DNA of 44,576 nucleotides from Crocinitomicaceae bacterium (GTDB lineage: Bacteria > Bacteroidota > Bacteroidia > Flavobacteriales_D > Crocinitomicaceae). The translations under genes were made by a program, and so were the position numbers. The notes under the pieces were generated by a model that saw only the letters and a list, made by a program, of their open reading frames with translations, was not told the DNA's origin and ran no database searches. Where the stretch lies: positions 1 to 44,576 of the forward strand of contig JAKVAQ010000039.1 of assembly GCA_022447665.1 (NCBI GenBank), in the 5' to 3' direction. Below, piece after piece: positions 6,670 to 16,111 of this stretch; position 1 is the stretch's first letter; every line of letters starts with the position of its first letter.

Positions 6670-7242
6670 TCATTTCCTATGATTTATCTGGTTTTCACAC
6701 TTGTTAAAGATCAATTCACTTTCCGGAAAAATGACAATGCACTTGTCTTCCATCTCATCCTTTCTTGCAGTTTCAATTTTCTTTATGAAAATGGGGATAG
6801 AACTATAAACACTGAGTTCATATTTCATTAAAGGACCTCCTGCAAACCCCTGATCCTTGATGTACTCTATTTTGTAATTATCGGTTTCCCATGTTTGTAA
6901 AACTTTTTGATTCCCTCCGAAACTATCCATAAATGAAAACCAACCAAGTAAAATCAAAAGAAACCCAGACAATAAGACGGAAGTAAGTATTTTATAGGTC
7001 ATTTCCTTCAGATTTTTAGAGAATAAGGAATAAAGTCCCCCAAGAAGTACCAGTCCAAATAATTGATATAACCATGTAATAATATACAAGTATCCGTTAA
7101 ATATTGGAGCAAAGAGAATTCCTGAAATTATTGTCAGGATCAATATTTTTTTCTTAGAAACTTTAAGGTCAAGAATTATCCCAATTACCGGGAAAAGAAA
7201 AAAAATGAATAATTCATTACCATGTTGCCAAAACCATCCCAT
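6670..7242 (-). CDS. membrane protein, hypothetical
   Basis: Four to five predicted transmembrane segments. Confidence 0.5.
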   Translation of the reverse strand: MGWFWQHGNELFIFFLFPVIGIILDLKVSKKKILILTIISGILFAPIFNGYLYIITWLYQLFGLVLLGGLYSLFSKNLKEMTYKILTSVLLSGFLLILLGWFSFMDSFGGNQKVLQTWETDNYKIEYIKDQGFAGGPLMKYELSVYSSIPIFIKKIETARKDEMEDKCIVIFPESELIFNKCENQINHRK

Positions 7243-7305
7243 AGTTCTTAAAAATATGATTGTAGACTTTTATTTTCAAGAGTCTTCATTAACCTTTTTT
7301 ATGTC

Positions 7306-7692
7306 TTATTCTTTTATATACTTGGTGCTTGTCAATGTGCATTCCCATTCTCCGCTTTGATTAATATGAGGCGGGTCATCAATTCTTAATACAACTTGTT
7401 TTTTCCATGGACCAACAAAAATTTTCTTTTCTGTTCGATTAATTTTTGCCTCTCCCTCAAAAACTTCTGAACAGTTACTAAAAGTTGGAGAAAGATCACA
7501 GTATTCGCCGAAAACTGCTTGACTGTCACTTATTACTAAAACCTTTTCGACAAAAACTCCCGGACTTATGTTAATGGGTTCAGATTGCCAAGTTCCCTGA
7601 TAATCCAAATTAACTTCAGAAACGCTTTTACGGCAACCTAAAGAGCATAATATTAATCCGGAGAATAAAGCGATATATATGTTCTTTAACAT
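7306..7692 (-). CDS. lipoprotein, hypothetical
   Basis: Signal peptide with LGC-RKS lipobox. Confidence 0.45.
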   Translation of the reverse strand: MLKNIYIALFSGLILCSLGCRKSVSEVNLDYQGTWQSEPINISPGVFVEKVLVISDSQAVFGEYCDLSPTFSNCSEVFEGEAKINRTEKKIFVGPWKKQVVLRIDDPPHINQSGEWECTLTSTKYIKE

Positions 7693-7722
7693 GAATTTAA
7701 AACCTAAGCATCGTTTTCTAAT

Positions 7723-8187
7723 TTACAAATAGTCAAAGAACCTAGTCCACCAAGTAAGCCCCTCCTCATAAGGTTCATTTACACCGTCATAGATTTCTTC
7801 TAGTTCGTCTTGATCTATATAGATGTAACCGTTTTCATCAAGAATTTGCCTACAAGCCATTATTTCTGAATAGTACTTCTCCTTTTCCTTTGGCATGTTC
7901 ATAACAGTAAATAGGTTTCCGAAATTGGAGAATCTAAAACAAAAAGTATAACTGAGAAAGACCGTTCGGGCACTATCTTTCCTTTCTTCTAATAGTCGTA
8001 AATCTGCGATAAAAGATCCGTCTTGTACTTGTTTGTCAAGATCAAGTTTAAAACCGAAGATTTTCTCAAAATCATTTTTAAAAGATACAACTTTCTTGAT
8101 TAGTTTGCGCCATCTAAAGCTCCTAGGCACTTCCCATTGACCTTTTTCATCAATCGATATGAGTAATTCGTATAAATCCTTTCTCAC
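7723..8187 (-). CDS. hypothetical cytoplasmic protein
   Basis: ORF track; no motif recognised. Confidence 0.4.
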   Translation of the reverse strand: MRKDLYELLISIDEKGQWEVPRSFRWRKLIKKVVSFKNDFEKIFGFKLDLDKQVQDGSFIADLRLLEERKDSARTVFLSYTFCFRFSNFGNLFTVMNMPKEKEKYYSEIMACRQILDENGYIYIDQDELEEIYDGVNEPYEEGLTWWTRFFDYL

Positions 8188-8261
8188 CTTTCAAAAGTAA
8201 GTTAGTTATCCGTTTTTTGCGACGTTCTTTAAAAGATAACCTTCCATTGAATCAAATTCTA

Positions 8262-8849
8262 TTAAAAGTCTGCTTTATTCTTGGATATGAATGTATAAAG
8301 CAATTCAATTAAATCGTCAGGGTATTCGTAAAACTTAGAATCACATTCTTCCCATTTGTCCCACAGTTGATCCTCATGTTCCTCAAGAATATTTATTCTT
8401 TCTGTCCGATTTGAAGGGATAGTTTTATTCGGCAATATTGAATTTGCATCATTCATGATTTTTGCCATACTATCTGCTCCAATTGTTAACAGCGCCTCGT
8501 AAGTTTCTAAAGAGTAATCACCACTTGAGTTAGAATAGAATTGATGAAAACCACCGTTATTAACTTCTATTTCCAAATTTTCAATAAACAATACTGTTTT
8601 TTCAGATTCAGTCAATTTTGACAGGTCTTCGCCGTAATTAGTTTTCTCGTTGAGTTGTTCATCCAATTCGATAACCGCTTCGGTATGATCCTCCATTGCT
8701 AGGATTAATTCAATGCTCATGTTTTCAGATGTTTCTACATGATGATTTTCATCAATTATTTCAATGTTTTCTTCAGTGTCTTCAGAACATGAGTAAAAAG
8801 TCAATAAAACAAAAACGAGTGTATTGAAATATTTGAAGATTGACATCAT
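8262..8849 (-). CDS. DUF4375/DMP19-like protein with lipoprotein signal
   Basis: Signal peptide (FYSC-SEDTEE) and the NNGGFHQF motif that I recall as characteristic of the DMP19/DUF4375 family. Confidence 0.4.
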   Translation of the reverse strand: MMSIFKYFNTLVFVLLTFYSCSEDTEENIEIIDENHHVETSENMSIELILAMEDHTEAVIELDEQLNEKTNYGEDLSKLTESEKTVLFIENLEIEVNNGGFHQFYSNSSGDYSLETYEALLTIGADSMAKIMNDANSILPNKTIPSNRTERINILEEHEDQLWDKWEECDSKFYEYPDDLIELLYTFISKNKADF

Positions 8850-9008
8850 TATTTTTGACTAAATATACTTAACTAGTTATTTGATATTAATACACTTTAA
8901 GATTTTAACCGTTTTTTCTTACATCTAATAGAAGTAATACCTTGAACTAATCTTATACCAATGAATCGTCCAATTTCTAATTTGAAGTATTAAGTTTATG
9001 CTCTAGAA

Positions 9009-9290
9009 ATGCCTTTTTCCCTTTTAATCATATTGTTTCTTGTTTTCTTTCTTTACTGCGCAGTAGTGGTATTGAGAGGAGAGAATTTGAAGGAAGAAAA
9101 CATAGATTATAGAAGAGTATTTATTGTCATGGCCTTTTTACCTTATTACGCCTTTGATAGATTAATAAGCGACTATAGAAATTCTAAAGGAATCAAAAGT
9201 TTATTCGCTCTAATATTTGGGTTTTTACTGGTGGTTTCGATTATAACCTTGATCATTCTGCTAAGAACTGGAAGACTAGATCTAACATAG
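9009..9290 (+). CDS. small membrane protein, hypothetical
   Basis: Two or three hydrophobic helices. Confidence 0.3.
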   Translation: MPFSLLIILFLVFFLYCAVVVLRGENLKEENIDYRRVFIVMAFLPYYAFDRLISDYRNSKGIKSLFALIFGFLLVVSIITLIILLRTGRLDLT

Positions 9291-9321
9291 CGTGGCGATA
9301 ACGCTATCTCTTTATTTCCAA

Positions 9322-10011
9322 CTAAATTTCGAAATGCATACCGTCTTTCAGTAGCCGCTTGTATGTCTTTTTATTGAATTGAAATAAGTTGCCTGGGCGA
9401 CCAGCACCACTTGATTTAGCCTTTTCATCTAACTCATCCAGTATTCCTAAATGCATAACTTTTTTCTTAAAATTCCTGCGATCAATCGGTCGATCTAACA
9501 AAGTAGCGTAAAGGATTTCTAGATCCGAAAAAGGAAATTTCTTATCTAGAAGTTCAAAACCAATGGGTTCATAACTAATCTTACCTCTAAGCCTTTCAAT
9601 TGCGAGTTTTATGATCTTTTTATGATCAAACGCTAATTTAGGTAATGACTTTATGTTGAACCATTTTGCCTCTTCGGCATCAGTAGATGCTTTTAACTTT
9701 TCGAACTGGCTAGATTTAACAAGACCAAAGTAAGCTACAGTAACCACTCTACGTCTTGGATCACGCTCCGGTGAACCGAATGTATATAATTGCTCGAGGT
9801 AATTAATTTTTATGCCTGTTTCTTCTTCTAGTTCTCGCTCAACAGCGTCTTCTAAAGGTTCGTTATCATGAACAAATCCACCAGGAATAGCCCATTCACC
9901 TTTAAAGGGTTCATACTTCCTTTTTATCAGCAGTAGTGAAACACCTGAGTCCCTATTGTAACCAAAAACTATGGCATCAACGGCGACATGAATATTTTGT
10001 GTCATTTTCAC
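9322..10011 (-). CDS. nrtR: NrtR-family transcriptional regulator (Nudix ADP-ribose-binding domain plus C-terminal winged helix)
   Basis: Nudix box GEWAIPGGFV..EDAVERELEEETG in the N-terminal half; C-terminal winged-helix-like domain; divergently arranged relative to the NAD/ADP-ribose operon. Confidence 0.75.
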   Translation of the reverse strand: MKMTQNIHVAVDAIVFGYNRDSGVSLLLIKRKYEPFKGEWAIPGGFVHDNEPLEDAVERELEEETGIKINYLEQLYTFGSPERDPRRRVVTVAYFGLVKSSQFEKLKASTDAEEAKWFNIKSLPKLAFDHKKIIKLAIERLRGKISYEPIGFELLDKKFPFSDLEILYATLLDRPIDRRNFKKKVMHLGILDELDEKAKSSGAGRPGNLFQFNKKTYKRLLKDGMHFEI

Positions 10012-10103
10012 ACAATAAAGATACTCTTTTGTATTACTAAAGCCGAATTTTTAAATAAAAAAGTAATTTATTGAATTTTATAACACTGAAAATCAGTCAA
10101 CAA

Positions 10104-10185
10104 AATTAATATGTGTTAATTTAACGCAAATATATTTGGAGGTTAATTCTTTTTGAACTTATATTTGCGTTATTAATACACAAAT
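10104..10185. promoter_or_regulatory. candidate operator palindromes in the nrtR / NADAR-operon divergent region
   Basis: AAATTAAtatgtgTTAATTT (10104-10123), CAAATATATTTG (10127-10138), ATTTGCGT-N7-ACACAAAT (10163-10185). Confidence 0.4.
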
Positions 10186-10192
10186 AAAAGTC

Positions 10193-10759
10193 ATGGAATC
10201 GAAATATTCAATTGAATTACTTGTAGCTAAAAAAGAGCCCCATAAGTTTTTATTCTTTTGGGGCCATCAGCCAAGTCCTAAAGGAACTATTGGGAAGAGC
10301 TGCTTTAGCCAATGGTGGACGACTCCATTTGAAATTAGTAGTATCAAGTATAAGACTGCTGAGCATTTCATGATGGCAGAAAAAGCAAGATTATTTAATA
10401 ATCTAGAAATCGCTGAACAAATAATTTCATGCTCTTCTCCGGCAGAGGCAAAAAAACTAGGAAGAGAGGTGAAGGGTTTTGAGCAGGAAGTTTGGGAAGC
10501 ACATCGCTTTAGTATAGTGAAAACTGGGAATTATCATAAGTTCAATCAAAATCAAAAACTAAAGGAGTTTTTACTAAATACTAAAACACGAGTATTAGTT
10601 GAAGCTAGTCCAGTTGACCCTATTTGGGGTATAGGCATGGCAGAAGACAACCCCAAGGTATTTAATCCTGAAAACTGGAGAGGACTCAATTTATTAGGAT
10701 TTGCGTTAATGGAAGTTCGGGACGAATTAACAAAAGAAAATGAAAGCAAAACTATTTAG
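10193..10759 (+). CDS. NADAR (YbiA-like) domain protein
   Basis: FFWGHQPS..SQWW..F..AEHFMMAEKARLF...WGIG signature of the NADAR/DUF1768 family. Confidence 0.75.
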   Translation: MESKYSIELLVAKKEPHKFLFFWGHQPSPKGTIGKSCFSQWWTTPFEISSIKYKTAEHFMMAEKARLFNNLEIAEQIISCSSPAEAKKLGREVKGFEQEVWEAHRFSIVKTGNYHKFNQNQKLKEFLLNTKTRVLVEASPVDPIWGIGMAEDNPKVFNPENWRGLNLLGFALMEVRDELTKENESKTI

Positions 10760-11147
10760 GCCAATTGGAATTGGTGAGTATAAGCTTATCCGTGAAAGTG
10801 ATTATAAAGCTTTTCCTCCTAGACTTGAATGGCAACCGATCTTTTACCCTGTTACAAATCAGGCTTATGCCGAGTAAATAGCGAATAATTGGAATACACA
10901 AGATGAATTTTCTGGGTATTGCGGTATCGTTACTGCTTTTGAAGTCAGGTCTGATTTTCTAAGTAAGTATCCCTTGAAAAATGTAGGTGATAAAATGCAT
11001 AATGAACTATGGATACCTGCAGAGGATCTTGAGGATTTTAACACAAATATTATAGGCAAGATTCAAGTAGTCAACGCCTTTTTTGGCGATAAATTCTCGG
11101 TTAAAGAAAATACAATTGTCGAATCATATTACAAGATATATACATGA
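10740..11147 (+). pseudogene. hypothetical ORF of about 135 codons interrupted by one in-frame TAA at 10875-10877
   Basis: Continuous coding frame 10740-11147 (..PVTNQAYAE * IANNWNTQDEF..KIYT) with ATGA-type overlaps to both neighbours; a single in-frame stop. Confidence 0.4.
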
Positions 11148-11653
11148 AACTAGAATTAATAAAAGGTGACATTACAACAATAAAAGTTGATGCCATTGTC
11201 AATGCAGCTAACTCATCACTTCTCGGGGGTGGCGGAGTAGACGGCGCCATTCACAGAAAAGGGGGGGAGCAAATTCTGGAAGATTGTCAAGCAATACGTC
11301 AAAAGCAGGGTAAATGTGATACTGGACAAGCTGTAATAACAAGAGCAGGAAATCTTCCGTCTAATTATGTAATTCATACTGTCGGTCCTGTCTACAATAA
11401 AGGTGGTGTTCTTAAAGAACAACAATTAGCAAACTGTTACAAGAACTCTATTAATCTGCTAATTAAGAACGGACTAAAAACGATAGCTTTTCCTAATATT
11501 AGTACTGGGATTTACGGGTTTCCTAAAAAAAGAGCTGCAGAAATAAGTGTGAAAACAATCCTCTGTTTGGCCCCGTCAGAACAACCTGAAAAAGTCATAT
11601 TCGTTTGTTTTGATGACCAAAACTACAGGATATATGAAGAATTATTGAAATGA
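11144..11653 (+). CDS. Macro domain protein (ADP-ribose / O-acetyl-ADP-ribose processing, YmdB-like)
   Basis: MKLELIKGDITTIKVDAIVNAANSSLLGGGGVDGAIHRKGG... classic Macro domain start and glycine-rich loop. Confidence 0.85.
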   Translation: MKLELIKGDITTIKVDAIVNAANSSLLGGGGVDGAIHRKGGEQILEDCQAIRQKQGKCDTGQAVITRAGNLPSNYVIHTVGPVYNKGGVLKEQQLANCYKNSINLLIKNGLKTIAFPNISTGIYGFPKKRAAEISVKTILCLAPSEQPEKVIFVCFDDQNYRIYEELLK

Positions 11654-12285
11654 AAGTACAGATAAAAAAATACAAAGAACAACTAAAAGAGTGGCCTAAC
11701 GAAGGGTACCATATAATGGCTCAATATGATGATGAAAAAATCATTGTTTATCAATCCTACAGACCAGAAATAGGAAATTTTGCGGTAGAAAATCAATTTT
11801 TCGGAGGAGCATTTAGTCTTGACCGAATGACATGGATTAAACCTAACTTTCTATGGATGATGTACCGAAATGGTTGGGGAACAAAGCAAGGACAAGAGGT
11901 TGTTCTTGCAATACACCTTAAACTAGATGCTTTTGAACGCTACTTGAAAGAAGCAATTCATTCCAGCTACAAAAGCGACTTATATGCGTCTCATGAAGAT
12001 TGGAAACAGAAGTTGACTACATCGTCTGTGCGGTTGCAATGGGATCCAGATCATGATCCATATGGTGCTAAACTTAAAAGAAGAGCTATACAAATTGGTA
12101 TAAGAAATGAAGAAGTTATTGGTTATTCAAAAAATGATATTCTAGCAATTGATGACATTTCTGCATTCGTAAAAGAACAACATGTTTATGTAAAAGAAAG
12201 AAATCTTGGTCAACTGTGGACTCCTGAGGAGAGACCTTTGGTTTTTAAAGATGAAAGACTCAATAAAAAGTTGAATTTACAATGA
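11650..12285 (+). CDS. DUF4291-like protein (NAD/ADP-ribose pathway-associated)
   Basis: Operon context and a conserved W/F-rich core; my recollection is that this family co-occurs with Macro and KptA. Confidence 0.4.
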   Translation: MKVQIKKYKEQLKEWPNEGYHIMAQYDDEKIIVYQSYRPEIGNFAVENQFFGGAFSLDRMTWIKPNFLWMMYRNGWGTKQGQEVVLAIHLKLDAFERYLKEAIHSSYKSDLYASHEDWKQKLTTSSVRLQWDPDHDPYGAKLKRRAIQIGIRNEEVIGYSKNDILAIDDISAFVKEQHVYVKERNLGQLWTPEERPLVFKDERLNKKLNLQ

Positions 12286-12818
12286 ACACAAAAAGAATAA
12301 GTAAACTAATGAGCCTTATACTCAGGCATAATCCTGGTGTTATCAATGCCTCACTAGACGAAAATGGCTGGCTTGATGTGGATGACTTGATTCTGGGGAT
12401 AAAATCAAAAGGATTAGAAATTACACGAGAAATTTTAGAGAAAGTCGTTGAAACAAATAATAAAAAGCGATTCTCATTCAGTTTGGACGGAACAAAAATA
12501 AGGGCGAATCAGGGACATTCAATAGATGTTGATATTGAATTGAAACCTACTTCTCCTCCTGAATTTTTATACCATGGTACTGTAGAAAAATATTTAGATG
12601 CTATTAAGTCTGAAGGTTTGAAAAAAATGAATAGACAACATGTGCATTTAAGTAAAGACATAGACACCGCTGAAAACGTAGGAGGTAGACGTGGAAAACC
12701 CGTAATATTGACTGTAAATACTGGCCAAATGGAAGATGCTGGTTACACATTCTATCTTTCAGAAAATAAGGTATGGCTTACAGATCATGTTCCTCTTGAA
12801 TTTATAAATTTTCAATAA
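12282..12818 (+). CDS. kptA: RNA 2'-phosphotransferase KptA/Tpt1
   Basis: LSKLMSLILRHNPG..GW..VDDL.., IRANQGHS, HGT, HVHLS, GRRG motifs of the Tpt1/KptA family. Confidence 0.85.
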   Translation: MNTKRISKLMSLILRHNPGVINASLDENGWLDVDDLILGIKSKGLEITREILEKVVETNNKKRFSFSLDGTKIRANQGHSIDVDIELKPTSPPEFLYHGTVEKYLDAIKSEGLKKMNRQHVHLSKDIDTAENVGGRRGKPVILTVNTGQMEDAGYTFYLSENKVWLTDHVPLEFINFQ

Positions 12819-13369
12819 TGAATAAAAAAGTAATAACCGAAGAAATATTTGAAATTGAGAACTTCCTTACTCCAATTGAGTGTGACGAATTTCTAGATCG
12901 CTTTGAAAATGAAACCTTTGAAGAAGCAAAGGTGAATATTGACGGTAACCAGATAATGCGAAAGAGTATAAGAAATAATGATAGAATTTTATTTTTTGAC
13001 AATAATCTTGCGGAGGAAATGTGGTCAAAAGTATCATCTTTTGTTCCCGAAGAGCTAGGCTTGTATAAATCTATTGGGCTTAACGAGATGTTTAGGGTAT
13101 ACAAATACTCTGCAGGGCAGCGCTTCAAAATGCACATGGATGGCAGCTATAAAAGGAATGAGCGCGAACAGAGTTTTTATTCCTTTTTGATATATCTTAA
13201 TGAGGATTTTAGCGGAGGAGAAACAGAGTTTAGAAAATTAGGTATCGTTGAACCTAAAAAAGGCAATGCTTTGGTTTTTAGACATCATAATCGACATGAA
13301 GGAAAGGAAGTAAAATCTGGTAAAAAGTATGTCTTGCGAACAGACATTATGTTCAAGATAAAAGAATGA
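12818..13369 (+). CDS. 2OG-Fe(II) oxygenase superfamily protein (prolyl-4-hydroxylase-like)
   Basis: H-x-D (KMHMDGS) and distal His (RHHNRHEG) with an R/K motif near the C-terminus. Confidence 0.6.
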   Translation: MNKKVITEEIFEIENFLTPIECDEFLDRFENETFEEAKVNIDGNQIMRKSIRNNDRILFFDNNLAEEMWSKVSSFVPEELGLYKSIGLNEMFRVYKYSAGQRFKMHMDGSYKRNEREQSFYSFLIYLNEDFSGGETEFRKLGIVEPKKGNALVFRHHNRHEGKEVKSGKKYVLRTDIMFKIKE

Positions 13370-14097
13370 AAAGAACTCTTGTATTTGGAGATATTCATGG
13401 CGGCCTAAAAGCATTGAATCAAGTTTTAAATCGCGCGAAAGTTTCAGAGAATGATACCCTAATATTTCTTGGAGATTATGTGGATGGGTGGAGTGAATCG
13501 AGCAGTGTTATTTCACGCCTTATCGAACTTGAAAAAAGCAATAATTGTGTCTTTATTAAAGGTAATCACGACCAATGGTGTGAAGACTGGCTGCGTTCAT
13601 CTAATGGGAACAGTACTTGGCTATTTCACGGAGGAGAATCAACCGTAAACAGTTATAAAGGCTACAATAACGAGGAGCTAAGAACACATTTGAACTTCTT
13701 TGAGTTAATGCGAAACTATTATGTGGATAATAAAAACCGACTTTTTATTCATGCAGGGTTTGCATCAATGCATGGAGTGGAAAAAGAACCTTATCCATCT
13801 AATTATTCTTGGGATAGAACATTATGGGAGATGGCATACAGCTTAAAAGATTTGGAACTTGACGAATCATCCCTCCACTACCCCAAGCGATTTAAACATT
13901 ACAGTGAAATCTATATTGGTCATACCCCCACAACTGACTATAACGTTGCCACCCCAATCATTGCTCAGAAATTAGTAAATGTTGATACGGGCGCTGCATT
14001 TAAAGGTAAACTCACTGCTTTAGACGTTGATTCAAAAGTGTTTTGGCAAAGTGATCCTCTCCCTGAACTGTATCCCAATGAAAAAGGAAGAAATTAA
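13366..14097 (+). CDS. calcineurin-like metallophosphoesterase (ApaH/Ser-Thr phosphatase-like)
   Basis: GDIHG...GDYVDGW...GNHD motifs. Confidence 0.7.
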   Translation: MKRTLVFGDIHGGLKALNQVLNRAKVSENDTLIFLGDYVDGWSESSSVISRLIELEKSNNCVFIKGNHDQWCEDWLRSSNGNSTWLFHGGESTVNSYKGYNNEELRTHLNFFELMRNYYVDNKNRLFIHAGFASMHGVEKEPYPSNYSWDRTLWEMAYSLKDLELDESSLHYPKRFKHYSEIYIGHTPTTDYNVATPIIAQKLVNVDTGAAFKGKLTALDVDSKVFWQSDPLPELYPNEKGRN

Positions 14098-14123
14098 TTC
14101 ATCAAGATTATTACTAACGCATC

Positions 14124-14573
14124 ATGATCTTCACATCTGAAATTCCCTTATCCGATATAGACACCAATAAAAAGCTTATTTTCCTTGCGGGAAGCATTGA
14201 TCTAGAATTACCAGGGAACTGGAGAAAACAAGTATCATCTCTTCTTGAAGATCAGTTTAATTATTTTGATCCTACTAGTCAGAATCATGGTGAAATGGAC
14301 CATGAAGCATGGAATACACATATTAATTGGGAACTTGAAGCTATGAAAATGGCAGATATAGTATTTATGAACCTACTCCCAAATGCAAAATCTCCAATCT
14401 CTTTAATTGAATTAGGCTTGAACTCATTGAACGGAAAGTTAGTCGTTGTTTGTCCTAAAGAATTCTATAAGAATCAATATATTCAAGCGTTATGCGCATA
14501 CCACTCCACCCCTATTTTTCAAACATTAAAAGAAGGTGTTCAACATGTTAAAAACGTAATTAGTGTAAAATAA
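14124..14573 (+). CDS. nucleoside 2-deoxyribosyltransferase-like (NDT/SLOG fold) protein
   Basis: LAGSI N-terminal motif and a distal acidic residue in a pattern typical of the NDT-like fold; operon context. Confidence 0.45.
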   Translation: MIFTSEIPLSDIDTNKKLIFLAGSIDLELPGNWRKQVSSLLEDQFNYFDPTSQNHGEMDHEAWNTHINWELEAMKMADIVFMNLLPNAKSPISLIELGLNSLNGKLVVVCPKEFYKNQYIQALCAYHSTPIFQTLKEGVQHVKNVISVK

Positions 14574-14634
14574 ACACAAATTATTTGTGTTATTCTAATA
14601 ACTTCTTTTATATTTGCGTATATATTACACAAAT
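14574..14634. promoter_or_regulatory. candidate operator palindromes upstream of nadV
   Basis: ACACAAAT-T-ATTTGTGT (14574-14590) and ATTTGCGT-N7-ACACAAAT (14612-14634), the same architecture as 10163-10185. Confidence 0.45.
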
Positions 14635-14646
14635 AAAATTTACAAT

Positions 14647-16101
14647 ATGAATGCTTTATTATTAACAGACGGTTATAAAACAGGACATCATCAGCAATAC
14701 CCTCAAGGAACGGAGGAAGTTTATTCGAACTGGACACCACGAAGTAATAAATATGCACCAAAGGGATGCGATAAAGTAGTTTCGTTTGGACAACAGTATG
14801 TAATGAAATGGTTGCACAATTATTTTCATCAAAACTTCTTCAGGAAGCCTAAAGCAGAAGTATGCAATGAAATAAGGGAAGAGCTTTCATTATACTTAAA
14901 TACAGACTATGATGTAAGTCATTTTGAAGAACTTCACGATTTGGGTTATCTGCCTATTAGAGTTAAATCTTTACCTGAAGGAACAGAAGTGAATATTCGT
15001 GTACCTATGCTGACAGTTGTAAATACTAGAAAGGAATTCTATTGGGTAACAAATTTTCTTGAAACTATTCTTTCAACAATGCTTTGGCAACCTATGACTT
15101 CGGCTACAATTGCACTAAATTACAAACGAATTTTCACTAAGTGGGCAAAGCAAACAGACGTTGAAAATATCGGATTTGTTGACTTTCAAGGACATGATTT
15201 TAGTATGCGAGGAATGGGTGGCCTGCAAAGTGCTCAAAGCTCAGGGATGGGTCATGGAGCCGTTTTTTTAGGTAGTGACACACTTCCTGCCATTGCTGGC
15301 TTGCGCAGGTATTATAACGCTCAAGATTTTGTATTAGGCTCTGTCAACGCTACAGAGCACAGTGTAATGTGTGCAGGCACTAAAAATGATGAAATAGGCA
15401 CATTTAAAGAACTAATGAAAACCTACCCTACTGGAATTCTTTCAGTTGTTAGTGACACATGGGACCTTTGGAAAGTAATTACTGAGTATTTACCTAAACT
15501 TAGGGAAGATGTTCTAGGGAGAGACGGAAAATTAGTGATACGTCCTGATAGCGGTGATCCTGTTGATATTATTTGCGGTGAAGATCGCAAACTCGGTGGA
15601 AACTCCCCTCAAGACAAAGGTGTGATTGAATTAATATGGGAGCTTTTTGGAGGAACTACTAATCCTCAGGGATACAAGGTACTCAACCAACATATTGGCG
15701 CAATTTACGGAGATAGCATAACTACAGAAAGAGCAGAGCAAATTTGTCAACGTTTACATGAAAAGGGATTCGCCTCAACAAATGTTGTGCTTGGTATTGG
15801 AAGCTTTACATATCAGTTTAATACAAGAGATACGTTTGGATTTGCTATGAAAGCAACTAGTGTTGTTGTGAATGGAGAACGTCGAGAGATATTTAAAGAT
15901 CCTATTACAGATGATGGTGTAAAGAAAAGTGCAAAAGGTTTGGTGCGAGTAGATGAATTAGATGGTGAATATATTCTTGTAGATCAAGTATCTGAAGAAG
16001 AAGAAAAAAAAGGTTCTTTAGAAATAATCTATGAAAACGGGGAATTCAAGAAAAATGTAGAAATGAATGAAATAAGAGCTCGTATCAATGCTAACGTATA
16101 A
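14647..16101 (+). CDS. nadV: nicotinamide phosphoribosyltransferase (NadV/NAMPT family)
   Basis: N-terminal LLLTDGYKTGHHQQYP and overall length; start moved to the internal ATG at 14647 so that the palindromic operator lies upstream of the start. Confidence 0.8.
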   Translation: MNALLLTDGYKTGHHQQYPQGTEEVYSNWTPRSNKYAPKGCDKVVSFGQQYVMKWLHNYFHQNFFRKPKAEVCNEIREELSLYLNTDYDVSHFEELHDLGYLPIRVKSLPEGTEVNIRVPMLTVVNTRKEFYWVTNFLETILSTMLWQPMTSATIALNYKRIFTKWAKQTDVENIGFVDFQGHDFSMRGMGGLQSAQSSGMGHGAVFLGSDTLPAIAGLRRYYNAQDFVLGSVNATEHSVMCAGTKNDEIGTFKELMKTYPTGILSVVSDTWDLWKVITEYLPKLREDVLGRDGKLVIRPDSGDPVDIICGEDRKLGGNSPQDKGVIELIWELFGGTTNPQGYKVLNQHIGAIYGDSITTERAEQICQRLHEKGFASTNVVLGIGSFTYQFNTRDTFGFAMKATSVVVNGERREIFKDPITDDGVKKSAKGLVRVDELDGEYILVDQVSEEEEKKGSLEIIYENGEFKKNVEMNEIRARINANV

Positions 16102-16111
16102 ACTTTGAAAA

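Noticed and set aside
10552-11425. Minus-strand ORFs 10552-10749, 10865-11059 and 11216-11425
   Set aside because: They are antisense to the NADAR, interrupted-ORF and Macro coding regions, which have strong family signatures.
12802-13137. Minus-strand ORF 12802-13137
   Set aside because: It is antisense to the 2OG-oxygenase gene; low-complexity translation.
14540-14761. Minus-strand ORF over the nadV promoter and start
   Set aside because: It overlaps the operator palindromes and the nadV 5' end; the AT-rich region gives chance ORFs.
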